A stretch of DNA of 64,000 nt from Candidatus Kapaibacterium sp. (lineage in GTDB: Bacteria; Bacteroidota; Ignavibacteria; Kapaibacteriales; UBA2268), in the NCBI GenBank assembly GCA_963665665.1, contig OY762428.1, forward strand, positions 3,456,001-3,520,000. The letters are read 5' to 3'. Below the pieces are notes generated by a model. The model made no database searches, was not told the DNA's origin, and worked only from the letters and a program-made list of their open reading frames with translations. Positions within the stretch are counted from its first letter, which is position 1, and every line of letters starts with the position of its first letter. A program made the position numbers and the translations under genes. Below, piece by piece: positions 21,340 to 30,453 of the stretch.

Positions 21340-22771
21340 TGCATTTGAAATGGGTGTGTATAACCTGAGAAGGACTATACTCAGAACCATATTAACCACT
21401 GCCGGAGTGATAGTAGGCATTGGAACGCTTAGTTCCATGATTTCCTTCGGAGCCGGTATGGAAAAGAATATCGTTGAAACTTTTACAAAAAATGATCTTT
21501 TTACCAGCCTGTTCGTAACCGAGAAAAGTATTGATGTTGAAGCTGCAATGAGCGGAGATATTGAAACTGCAAAAGAAAGCCTTGAGAAAAAGTCATCACC
21601 ACTGAATGATTCCACACTTGCGATAATAAAGGATATTGACGGAGTTGAAATTGCATTTCCCGAAATTTCTTTTCCGGCCCGTATCGTGATAGGTGAAAAT
21701 GATGAAAAAGATAATATCAGGGCTTTGCCGGCTGAAATGAGCAAATATCCTCCTTTTGACGAATTGGCTTATGGAAAATTCTTTGAATCTGATGATTCGC
21801 ATGATATGATAATATCAGTTTCAGCATTAAAAGAAATGAAAATTATTCTGAAAACAGACAGGAAAAAGAAACTTGATAAGGATGAAAAGGAGGAAGGATA
21901 TACATTAATGCCTCCTGATTCTGTCCTTGGTATGAAAATTGATATTGTTACTGCAACTGTCAGAGCCAGCTCGATGGCAACAACTGCCCTGAAAGCGATA
22001 ACAGGTATGGATTACAACAAAGTGATGAAGAAGAAGCCATTTAAAAATCATGTTACAAAATTCAGGGTGTCTGGTATTCTGAAACCTGACAACAACATGG
22101 GTAGCAATCGTTTTTTTGCCGGAGCTATCATACCAATAAAGACCTCTGAATCTATACCACGTGTAAATTTCAGTAGTGTTTGGGATATACTCGGCAGTGA
22201 TTCAGAAAACAATAAATCCAAGTACCAGTCATTCTATGTCAGGGCTGAATCAATGTCCGCAATTGGCCCTGTAAGTGATAAACTGAAAGAAATGAATTTC
22301 AGCATTCTGTCTATTACCGACCAGCTTGATGAAATTAGAAACGTATTTATAGTAATTGATTCTTTCCTTGGTGCAATTGGTATAATTTCACTTTTCGTTG
22401 CTGCATTGGGAATTATGAATACAATGATTATGTCAATCCTTGAAAGAACCAGGGAAATTGGAATAATGAAAGCCATTGGCGGCGGTGAAACAGATATCAG
22501 GAAGATATTCTTCGTGGAAGCTACTATTATCGGTACAATGGGAGGCCTGTTTGGACTAATACTTGGCTGGATTGTTACTGAAATTGCAGGATTTATAATT
22601 AATAATTTCTTCAACCAGGATGGGGAAATTCCAATAGACCTGTTCGATTTTCCATTCTGGCTGATAGGCGGGGCTATCCTGTTTTCCATTGGCGTTAGTC
22701 TTGTTTCAGCCCTTTACCCAGCCTACCGCGCGGCAAAAGTTGATCCTGTTCAGGCACTTAGGCACGAATAA
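21326..22771 (+). CDS. ABC transporter permease (MacB/FtsX family)
   Basis: ERTREIGIMKAIG and PAYRAAKVDPVQALRHE motifs. Confidence 0.93.
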   Translation: MKFYDAFEMGVYNLRRTILRTILTTAGVIVGIGTLSSMISFGAGMEKNIVETFTKNDLFTSLFVTEKSIDVEAAMSGDIETAKESLEKKSSPLNDSTLAIIKDIDGVEIAFPEISFPARIVIGENDEKDNIRALPAEMSKYPPFDELAYGKFFESDDSHDMIISVSALKEMKIILKTDRKKKLDKDEKEEGYTLMPPDSVLGMKIDIVTATVRASSMATTALKAITGMDYNKVMKKKPFKNHVTKFRVSGILKPDNNMGSNRFFAGAIIPIKTSESIPRVNFSSVWDILGSDSENNKSKYQSFYVRAESMSAIGPVSDKLKEMNFSILSITDQLDEIRNVFIVIDSFLGAIGIISLFVAALGIMNTMIMSILERTREIGIMKAIGGGETDIRKIFFVEATIIGTMGGLFGLILGWIVTEIAGFIINNFFNQDGEIPIDLFDFPFWLIGGAILFSIGVSLVSALYPAYRAAKVDPVQALRHE

Positions 22772-22782
22772 TGTTTGTTCTG

Positions 22783-22819
22783 GCTTAATACACTTCCCGA
22801 AAGGGGAGATGTATTAAGC
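22783..22819. terminator. Hairpin between convergent genes
   Basis: gcttaataca-cttccc-GAAA-ggggag-a-tgtattaagc. Confidence 0.6.
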
Positions 22820-22935
22820 GGATAATTGATATCCCGGCAGGGTGCAGGTTAATTGATGTGGGCAAGAACCGGTTTCGCAATAACTTGCATTAAATGATAA
22901 ATCATCAATATGATACCTGTTAATATCTGTATTAA

Positions 22936-23547
22936 TCAAAAAATTGTAATAAATTTCTTCATCATTGAATACAGCATTTCGAGCGGAAGCCCGACAATAT
23001 TGTAATAGCAGCCTTCAATTCTACTTACAAACAGCGCTCCGAAATCATCCTGTATGCCGTAGGCTCCGGCTTTGTCCATTGGCGAACCGCCGTCAATATA
23101 AGCCCAAATTTCTTTATCGTCCAGTTCCCTGAATGTTACCAGCGTGCTTTTCACATCGGCAATGCCTTTCATTTCCGGCGCGGAAACCAGAGCCACCCCG
23201 GTATGAACCGTGTGGGTATTTCCGCTAAGCGTTTTCAAAATTCTGAAAGCGTCGTCCCTGTCGGTTGGTTTGTGAAGCATTTCCCCGTCCAGGACAACTG
23301 TCGTGTCAGCGCCCATTATTATCGATGGATGTTCGATATCTTTTGCAATATGCTTTGCCTTTTCAAGCGCCAGTGTTTTAACATATTCTGCCGATTCCAG
23401 ATTGTTGTGGTTTGTTTCATCAATATGCGCCGGGATAATATCAAATTTAAATCCCAGCATTGTCAGAAGATGTTTTCTTCGGGGTGATTTTGAAGCCAGT
23501 ATAAATTTTCTGTCAAGTCCGATTAGTTTGCTTATATTTTCCTGCAT
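22936..23547 (-). CDS. maf: Maf nucleoside triphosphate pyrophosphatase
   Basis: LASKSPRR, GADTTV, DKAGAYGIQ and NIVGLP motifs. Confidence 0.95.
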   Translation of the reverse strand: MQENISKLIGLDRKFILASKSPRRKHLLTMLGFKFDIIPAHIDETNHNNLESAEYVKTLALEKAKHIAKDIEHPSIIMGADTTVVLDGEMLHKPTDRDDAFRILKTLSGNTHTVHTGVALVSAPEMKGIADVKSTLVTFRELDDKEIWAYIDGGSPMDKAGAYGIQDDFGALFVSRIEGCYYNIVGLPLEMLYSMMKKFITIF

Positions 23548-23630
23548 AGTTGTTTTGTTTTTTTACAATTTGTTCAAATATTATTGTGCAAAAATCCGAA
23601 AGTCCATCAAAATATAAAAATTATCAATAT

Positions 23631-25052
23631 TTAACTTAGTATTTTCATTAAGCTGTCATTATCAAAATCATCCTTTTCGGATATGATGTCATCAGTTTTA
23701 ATAATTTTGAGTTTGCCGACAAATTTACCATTATTCAAGCGGAATTCCTTTTGGTAAATATATTTACAATTATTACTCAATTCAATTTTCAAATTGTCTT
23801 CAAGCAATTGAGATTTTAACTCGGCAAGAGTTTTATCACCAAGTAAAGCAATTATATATTTTCCTGCTGAATCAAGATATTCTATCCATCTCCTCAGGGC
23901 TTCATTAATGTTTTTACAAACGTATTGTTCAATATATGTTCCGTGACAATAATTAAATATTATCGAATAGGAACCAGGTGCTTCTACCGGAGTTGTATCA
24001 ATTTTTATACAATAAATATCTCTGTAAATATTATTTTTATCATCAAATTCAATAAATCCATACCAGATATTGTTCACTTCATTGATTCGGACCATTGCTT
24101 TCGATTCGTTTTCAATATCATCCCGGAAACTTTCTTTAATCATATTGATAACATCAGGAAATTGATTTTTTTGAATAAAATCAAATATTAGTTTATTAAT
24201 ATTTTCAGCTTCAGTTTCAATATAAATCTCATCAGAATCAACAATTAAAATTATAGCAAAGGTAGTATTCGTATCTTTTAGGGACAGATGATTGGCATGC
24301 ATCTGACTTAAATATTTTTTTCTGTTCTTTTCGTTTATTTCTTTATTGATTGTGCGTTGTTTCTTTACTTTTTCCCTCTTTGATTTGTTCCTGTCATAAG
24401 GATAATTGTAAACATCATCATCTTCAGAATATTCATTATCTGTTTTAAAAAATCTGATATTGATTTTTTCAGCAAGCTCCTTATCATGAAAATATAATTT
24501 ATATAAATGCTCGTAATTTTTTTCTTTTCCAATACTATAATTGCCCGAGGCCATTGAATCAATAAAAACGTTTTTTATTGCCGGATCAAGTTTTTTAATC
24601 GGGGCAATATCGTTTTCTAAAGTATATTCAATCCATCTTAGCGGAACTTCTGCAATATTATTACAGTAAAATTGATCAATTGGACGCCAATCAACTCCCT
24701 CGCTATCATTGATTAGGGTAAATCTGCCGGGTTCGTTGATTGAGCTAAAATCAATTTTGAAAGCATAAAATTCACCCCATGATCCTGAATTTGTCCAGCA
24801 ATTAACTATTTTCTCATCTCTTTTAGGTTTTAAATCAATATAATCCTCATCATCAATAAGCATTTTTTTATAATAGCCCAATTCAAATTTTTCTAATCCA
24901 ATACTATTCTTAGATACAAAGTCTTTGATTATAGTTATAAAAGAATCGAAAAAGGTTTTTCCTACTTGTTCCGTAACAACTGTTTCATGATAAAGATTAT
25001 CTTTTTCTTCATCAAAAATAAGATTATCAAATATATACATATACAAATTCAT
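23631..25052 (-). CDS. Hypothetical protein with internal duplication
   Basis: Two similar halves (FKIDF..EPGRFTLI..IDQFYC.N...LRWIEY..FFKTD versus IKIDT..APGSYSII..IEQYVCKN...RRWIEY..IIKTD); AT-rich. Confidence 0.7.
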   Translation of the reverse strand: MNLYMYIFDNLIFDEEKDNLYHETVVTEQVGKTFFDSFITIIKDFVSKNSIGLEKFELGYYKKMLIDDEDYIDLKPKRDEKIVNCWTNSGSWGEFYAFKIDFSSINEPGRFTLINDSEGVDWRPIDQFYCNNIAEVPLRWIEYTLENDIAPIKKLDPAIKNVFIDSMASGNYSIGKEKNYEHLYKLYFHDKELAEKINIRFFKTDNEYSEDDDVYNYPYDRNKSKREKVKKQRTINKEINEKNRKKYLSQMHANHLSLKDTNTTFAIILIVDSDEIYIETEAENINKLIFDFIQKNQFPDVINMIKESFRDDIENESKAMVRINEVNNIWYGFIEFDDKNNIYRDIYCIKIDTTPVEAPGSYSIIFNYCHGTYIEQYVCKNINEALRRWIEYLDSAGKYIIALLGDKTLAELKSQLLEDNLKIELSNNCKYIYQKEFRLNNGKFVGKLKIIKTDDIISEKDDFDNDSLMKILS

Positions 25053-25085
25053 ATTAGCTCTCCACCTCAGATTGTTTTAAAAACA

Positions 25086-25110
25086 CCTTCCCGGGAAGAA
25101 CCCGGGAAGG
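25086..25110 (-). terminator. Hairpin downstream of thrS
   Basis: ccttcccggg-aagaa-cccgggaagg. Confidence 0.65.
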
Positions 25111-25148
25111 AATAGATAATCAGCTTTCCGTGCAGCATTAACCACAAT

Positions 25149-27074
25149 TTACATTGCGCCGGGCACGTTCAGTTCTTTGAATGTTTCAATCATTTCGTCA
25201 AGGGATTTTACTCCAATATCGCCCTCAAGATGCTTGCGGACTGATACTGTTCCGTTTTCAACTTCGCGTTTGCCGACGATAAGAGAGAATGGTACTTTCA
25301 TCTGTTCGGATTCGGCAATCTTCCTGTTTACTTTCTCGGAGCGGACATCAACAGAAGCACGATAACCGAGACCTTTCAGCTTTTTCATGATTTCTTCAGC
25401 TGCTTCCTGCTGGTCTCCGCCAACGGGAAGAACTCTGATTTGCTCGGGTGCCAGCCAGAATGGGAAGTTTCCTGCGAAGTGTTCAATCAGTATAGACATA
25501 AACCTTTCAAGCGAGCCGAGTATAGCCCTGTGGATGATAACCGGCCTGTGAGGCGCGTTGTCTGCCCCGGTAAACTCAAGCTCAAATCTTTCCGGCATAA
25601 CGTAGTCAAGCTGTACTGTGCCAAGCTGCCATTTCCTGCCGATGGCATCTTTCAGGATGAAGTCAATCTTCGGCCCGTAGAATGCGGCTTCGCCCGGTGA
25701 AACAACATAATCCAGGTTCATATCTTCTGCCACTTCAAGAAGTTTTTGCTGTGCGTTTTCCCATACTTCCACGTTACCGCCGTACTTTTCTTCATTGTCG
25801 TCGCGGAATGAAAGCTCAGTGGAGACGCCTTCGTCAAGGTGGAATATCTTTGCCACGTCAAGAATAAACTGTACGCAGTCGCGTACTTCGTCCTTAAGTT
25901 GTTCCTCGGTGCAATAAATATGTGCATCGTCCTGAGTAAAGCTTCTTACCCTGGAAAGGCCGCTAAGCTCGCCGGACTGTTCGTAGCGGTGCACGTGCCC
26001 GAATTCAAACAGCCTTAAAGGCAGTTCGCGGTAGCTGTGCGGTTTGGTCATATATATCTGGTGGTGGTGAGGACAGTTCATCGGTTTAAGAAGGTATTCC
26101 TCATCGTCCATTGTTATCGGCGGATACTGGGAATCTTTATAGTAGGGATAATGTCCCGATGTGCGGTACATATCTAAGTTGCCGAGTACCGGAGTGATAA
26201 CTTCAGTATAATCCCTTTTCAGGTTTTCTTTTCTCATCATATCTTCGATTATCCTGCGAAGAAGGGCGCCGTTAGGCAGCCAGACAGGAAGGCCGCCACC
26301 GACAGCAGGCAATATCCGGAATAATTCAAGTTCCTTACCCAGTTTCCTGTGGTCGCGCTTTTTTGCTTCTTCCAGGAACTCAAGATATTCGTCAAGCATT
26401 TTTTTCTTAGGGAATGTGATGCCGTAAACGCGTGTCATCTGCTGGCGTTCGGAATCACCACGCCAATATGCGCCTGCTACACTAAGCAGTTTAATCGATT
26501 TAATCATTCCGGTATTAGGGATATGGCTGCCACGGCAAAGATCAATAAATCCTCCATGCTTGTAGAATGTTATTTCTTCATCCTGCAAGCCTTCAAGCAG
26601 TTCGATTTTGTATTCGTCGCCAGCTTCTTTCCAGTGCTTAATAGCATCGTCCCATGATATTTCCACGCGCTGGTATTCGGATTTCTTCTTGGCAAGCTCT
26701 TTCATTTTCTGCTCAATTTTTGGCAGGTCATCGGATGTAATCACTTTATCGCCTGTATCAACGTCATAGTAGAAACCGTGCTCGATAGCCGGGCCGATAC
26801 CGAATTTTGTGCCGGGATAAAGTTCGGCAATTGCTTCAGCCATCAGGTGGGCTGAAGAGTGCCAGTAGATTTCCTTACCTTCTTCATCGTTGAAAGTAAC
26901 AATTTTTACTTCAGCGTCTTCATTTATCGGCCTTGACAGGTCATATTTTTTACCATTTACAAATATGCCGAGTGAGTTTCTGGCCAGGCCCTCGGAAATA
27001 GACATTGCTACGTCCATTCCTGTCGAGCCGTCAGGCATATCTTTCTTTGTTCCGTCCGGAAGAGTTATAATCAT
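25149..27074 (-). CDS. thrS: Threonine--tRNA ligase
   Basis: TGS domain; HSSAHL, RDHRKLG, KPMNCP and AFYGPKID motifs. Confidence 0.98.
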   Translation of the reverse strand: MIITLPDGTKKDMPDGSTGMDVAMSISEGLARNSLGIFVNGKKYDLSRPINEDAEVKIVTFNDEEGKEIYWHSSAHLMAEAIAELYPGTKFGIGPAIEHGFYYDVDTGDKVITSDDLPKIEQKMKELAKKKSEYQRVEISWDDAIKHWKEAGDEYKIELLEGLQDEEITFYKHGGFIDLCRGSHIPNTGMIKSIKLLSVAGAYWRGDSERQQMTRVYGITFPKKKMLDEYLEFLEEAKKRDHRKLGKELELFRILPAVGGGLPVWLPNGALLRRIIEDMMRKENLKRDYTEVITPVLGNLDMYRTSGHYPYYKDSQYPPITMDDEEYLLKPMNCPHHHQIYMTKPHSYRELPLRLFEFGHVHRYEQSGELSGLSRVRSFTQDDAHIYCTEEQLKDEVRDCVQFILDVAKIFHLDEGVSTELSFRDDNEEKYGGNVEVWENAQQKLLEVAEDMNLDYVVSPGEAAFYGPKIDFILKDAIGRKWQLGTVQLDYVMPERFELEFTGADNAPHRPVIIHRAILGSLERFMSILIEHFAGNFPFWLAPEQIRVLPVGGDQQEAAEEIMKKLKGLGYRASVDVRSEKVNRKIAESEQMKVPFSLIVGKREVENGTVSVRKHLEGDIGVKSLDEMIETFKELNVPGAM

Positions 27075-27276
27075 AATATAATCTAATTAATATAGTGAAA
27101 CATTTCTTTCATTTTAACAAACAACAAATATAATTCATTGTGTGATAATGAAAAAGAACGTTTTATATAAATTATTATTTAATTAAGACTAAATTGGCAA
27201 ATTATAAAATCAAAATTTTGGCATTAATACTAAAATGAATAAATTGGTTTATGTTTTATCAAGCAAAGGCATAGTA

Positions 27277-28158
27277 ATGTCAAAAAAAATTGCTATTTTA
27301 CTAATATTATTATTTTACAGCCTTGTATTAGATGCTGAAGGGGAATCAATGAGATTTGAGATAAAAAAAGCTGAAATAAACGGAGAAGAGATTGCTTATC
27401 ATGTATATTCAGAAGAAATGGCGGGCAGGCCTCTTTTAATGATTATGGGTTATGGCTGCACTATGGATATGTGGCCTTTGAAATTGATAGAAAAGCTTTC
27501 GGCTGAAAGGCCCGTAATTATATTTGATAACAGGGGTATGGGGCATTCAACAGGCAGGGGAGAGTACCTGATAGAAAATTTTGCAACTGATGCGGCAGCC
27601 CTTCTTGACTATCTTGATGTAGATAATGCTGACGTTTTTGGATGGTCGATGGGTGGCTATACTGCTCTTCAGATGGCAGTTGAATACCCACATAAAATTA
27701 AAAAACTGATTGTCCATGCTGCTATGTGCGGTGGAGAAAATGCTATTAATCCTCCTGATGAAGTTTGGAACAGCCTGACTGATATGTCAGGAACAATCGA
27801 GGAAAGAGTTGGAAGAATGTTCTCCAACCTTTTCCCCTCCGACTGGCTGAAAGAAAATCCGGATCCTTCAAAATATTTCCCGCCTGTGTTTGAACCTGTA
27901 AACGATGAAAATATTATCAAACAGGCCGGATGCTTTGATAAATGGCCCGGAGTATATGATGAACTGAAGAATATCAGGCAACAGCTTTTGCTGATAACCG
28001 GTGATTCAGATAAGGTTATACCGCCGGAAAATGCTTTAATAATTGCCGGACAGGTAAGGGGGGCTTCGGTTGTGCAAATAGCAAAAGGCGGGCACGGGGT
28101 AATGTATCAGTACCCGGATCAAATGGCAGATTATATCAATTTATTTTTAAAATACTAA
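27277..28158 (+). CDS. Alpha/beta hydrolase
   Basis: FDNRGMG, GWSMGG nucleophile elbow, GDSD, GGHG. Confidence 0.9.
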   Translation: MSKKIAILLILLFYSLVLDAEGESMRFEIKKAEINGEEIAYHVYSEEMAGRPLLMIMGYGCTMDMWPLKLIEKLSAERPVIIFDNRGMGHSTGRGEYLIENFATDAAALLDYLDVDNADVFGWSMGGYTALQMAVEYPHKIKKLIVHAAMCGGENAINPPDEVWNSLTDMSGTIEERVGRMFSNLFPSDWLKENPDPSKYFPPVFEPVNDENIIKQAGCFDKWPGVYDELKNIRQQLLLITGDSDKVIPPENALIIAGQVRGASVVQIAKGGHGVMYQYPDQMADYINLFLKY

Positions 28159-28169
28159 CGATCATCAAT

Positions 28170-29573
28170 ATGTTTAGAATAATTATCATTTTTTTGTTTT
28201 GTGCAATTTTTTCGATAAATGCTGCTGAACCTTATATAATCAGCGGCAGGACCGGTAATGAAATTAATTCGAAAGAAAGAGATTATTTCGGATTATTCCC
28301 GGATATCAAAGGTTTCAAAAATGCTGTATTTACAACTGACGGGAATAATAGCGTTTATGTGGATATAATGGCAGATAATAATTCTGTTGTTACCATGAAT
28401 GCTTCTGAAGCTAAGGAGCTTGGAGCTTATATTAATAATTTTGAAAATGTGAACTGCTGGAATTCCAAAGATATTATTAATCTTGATTATGACCTGTTTT
28501 CAAAATTTATCAGGGATGGTAATCACTTTATTAACCCGCAGCACTCAACTGTGCAAACATTTGACGGAAGAATAGTCAGCTCAAAAATAATATATGCGGA
28601 TTCAAGCTGGATAATTGTCTGGAAAGGGAAAGATTTTTATAATCCTGAAAATACACAAGAACAGGCGGAAATATTCCATTACAGCCAGGTACAGGCAATT
28701 TTTATTGGTGAATGGGTGTATTTTGATGGTACGCTTTCGGACTATATTGATATACTTCCGATACTTTGGGAAAGAGATTATGCAAGGGGCAAATCATTCG
28801 AAAACAATATACCTCCGGAACTTTGGGAGCCTTTTGATAAAGTCAGGAGTAAGTTGAAAGATGTAAAAACTGAAATATCAGTGAATAAGGAAAAATTTGA
28901 ATATGAATCCGGACGAGTTTATAATTTTACAATTTCCTATAATATTGAAGCAGTCAGATTAATTTTTAGTGAGCTTTATTATAAGTATAAGGATGAAGTG
29001 CCGGGGGGAGGATCCTTTTGCGGGACATTTACAGAGGTTGCAGCAGTACAGAACTTAAGTATTGGTATTAGCAGGCAGATATATGGAAGATGGCGGGGAA
29101 AGCTGGAATTTATTTATTATCCTGACAGAACCTCGTCTTTCGACAGAACACTATTAATAAGCGGTTATTCTGTTAGTCCTGAAATTGAATTTGTGGCATT
29201 TAGATATATTCCCGGTGTTCCGTCCGGAACCGAAGGGCTGGAAATTACTTTGCATGCAGGGATTGAATTTATGAATATCACTAATAATTCTGTAATCCCA
29301 TATCTTGATGGCTTTAGCGGACTGGATTGCAATCACGATGCGAAAAGGCTTGAAGGAAGTGCCGATGCTGACCTGATGGCATACCGTTTTGGTGCACATA
29401 TTGATCTGTTCCTTTCGGATAATATATCATTTTTCGTGAATAGTGAAGTAGATGTATGCGAGGAAATTGAATTGAAACCCATGGAAACTGGAAAAGGATC
29501 TTACGAATATATTGGTGATGAATATGAAATAATGCCTTTGAAATTCGGTGTAGGGCTGAAGTGGCATTTGTAA
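28170..29573 (+). CDS. Hypothetical exported/outer-membrane protein
   Basis: Signal peptide; C-terminal beta-strand-like FGVGLKWHL. Confidence 0.6.
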   Translation: MFRIIIIFLFCAIFSINAAEPYIISGRTGNEINSKERDYFGLFPDIKGFKNAVFTTDGNNSVYVDIMADNNSVVTMNASEAKELGAYINNFENVNCWNSKDIINLDYDLFSKFIRDGNHFINPQHSTVQTFDGRIVSSKIIYADSSWIIVWKGKDFYNPENTQEQAEIFHYSQVQAIFIGEWVYFDGTLSDYIDILPILWERDYARGKSFENNIPPELWEPFDKVRSKLKDVKTEISVNKEKFEYESGRVYNFTISYNIEAVRLIFSELYYKYKDEVPGGGSFCGTFTEVAAVQNLSIGISRQIYGRWRGKLEFIYYPDRTSSFDRTLLISGYSVSPEIEFVAFRYIPGVPSGTEGLEITLHAGIEFMNITNNSVIPYLDGFSGLDCNHDAKRLEGSADADLMAYRFGAHIDLFLSDNISFFVNSEVDVCEEIELKPMETGKGSYEYIGDEYEIMPLKFGVGLKWHL

Positions 29574-29580
29574 AAAAGTA

Positions 29581-29606
29581 GTTCCTGCCATGGAAATGGC
29601 AGGAAC
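29581..29606. terminator. Hairpin between convergent genes
   Basis: gttcctgccat-ggaa-atggcaggaac. Confidence 0.7.
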
Positions 29607-29631
29607 CTGTTTCAAAATATCAAAGCTAATA

Positions 29632-30444
29632 TCATAATTCCATTTCAATAATATTCTTGCCGAGGAAAAGGCCAATACCGTCGCCCTTGATGTTCCATAT
29701 AACATTCGTTCCGGAGGAACCGAAAAATTCCCAGTCCAGTTCGCTGTTGTATTTTGTTCGGAAATAGTCAAAAAAATCAGAATCATAGCTGATAATTCCA
29801 AGCGTATAATCTTCAAAGCCCTGAATGTTTGTAGTATCATCGGTGTAGTGCTCCTGAAATGAAAGATTAAGGTAGCCATTCAAGGTTGTATCAGAATATT
29901 TTGTCGAACTATTTGACAGATACGATACTTTATGGCCATTTCCATAATCCTTTATCAGTACCGAGGTATAAGCGCAATCTGTTTCGGGATCGATTTTTAC
30001 GAAATATTCAATCAGCCAATCGTACCAATTGTCTTCGCTTTCTGTAATTTTATAAAATATTGATTCTGTAACAGGCGTATGCGGGACGTGCGTTGATGCA
30101 TGAACTTTCATATTATCCGCGGTTATTTCCAGATGATATTCTTTCCCTGCTTCGGGTATCAATCCCTGGGCTTCATAAGTAATTATATCTTTTTTTACGA
30201 TATTATATTTGTTTTCCCCGTCTGTTATAAATCCGCTGACTGAATCCAGGGCTATCTTGTCCTGGGTGGCTTCTTCAAGCGGGGGGATTGTTTTGCTTAT
30301 GTTAATGTAATCAACAGGTTTGCCTGCTTCCAGTATGCAGCGTACAACCAGCTTTTTCTCATAGGGAAGATCATAATCATTTATGTTCTCTTCGCAGGAA
30401 ACCAGTGCCATAATAAATGTCAATATTACAAATAGGTATTTCAT
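29632..30444 (-). CDS. DUF4249-like lipoprotein
   Basis: LVSC lipobox, KLVV, C-terminal NIKGDGIGLF; follows a TonB receptor gene. Confidence 0.75.
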   Translation of the reverse strand: MKYLFVILTFIMALVSCEENINDYDLPYEKKLVVRCILEAGKPVDYINISKTIPPLEEATQDKIALDSVSGFITDGENKYNIVKKDIITYEAQGLIPEAGKEYHLEITADNMKVHASTHVPHTPVTESIFYKITESEDNWYDWLIEYFVKIDPETDCAYTSVLIKDYGNGHKVSYLSNSSTKYSDTTLNGYLNLSFQEHYTDDTTNIQGFEDYTLGIISYDSDFFDYFRTKYNSELDWEFFGSSGTNVIWNIKGDGIGLFLGKNIIEMEL

Positions 30445-30453
30445 TTTATTTCC

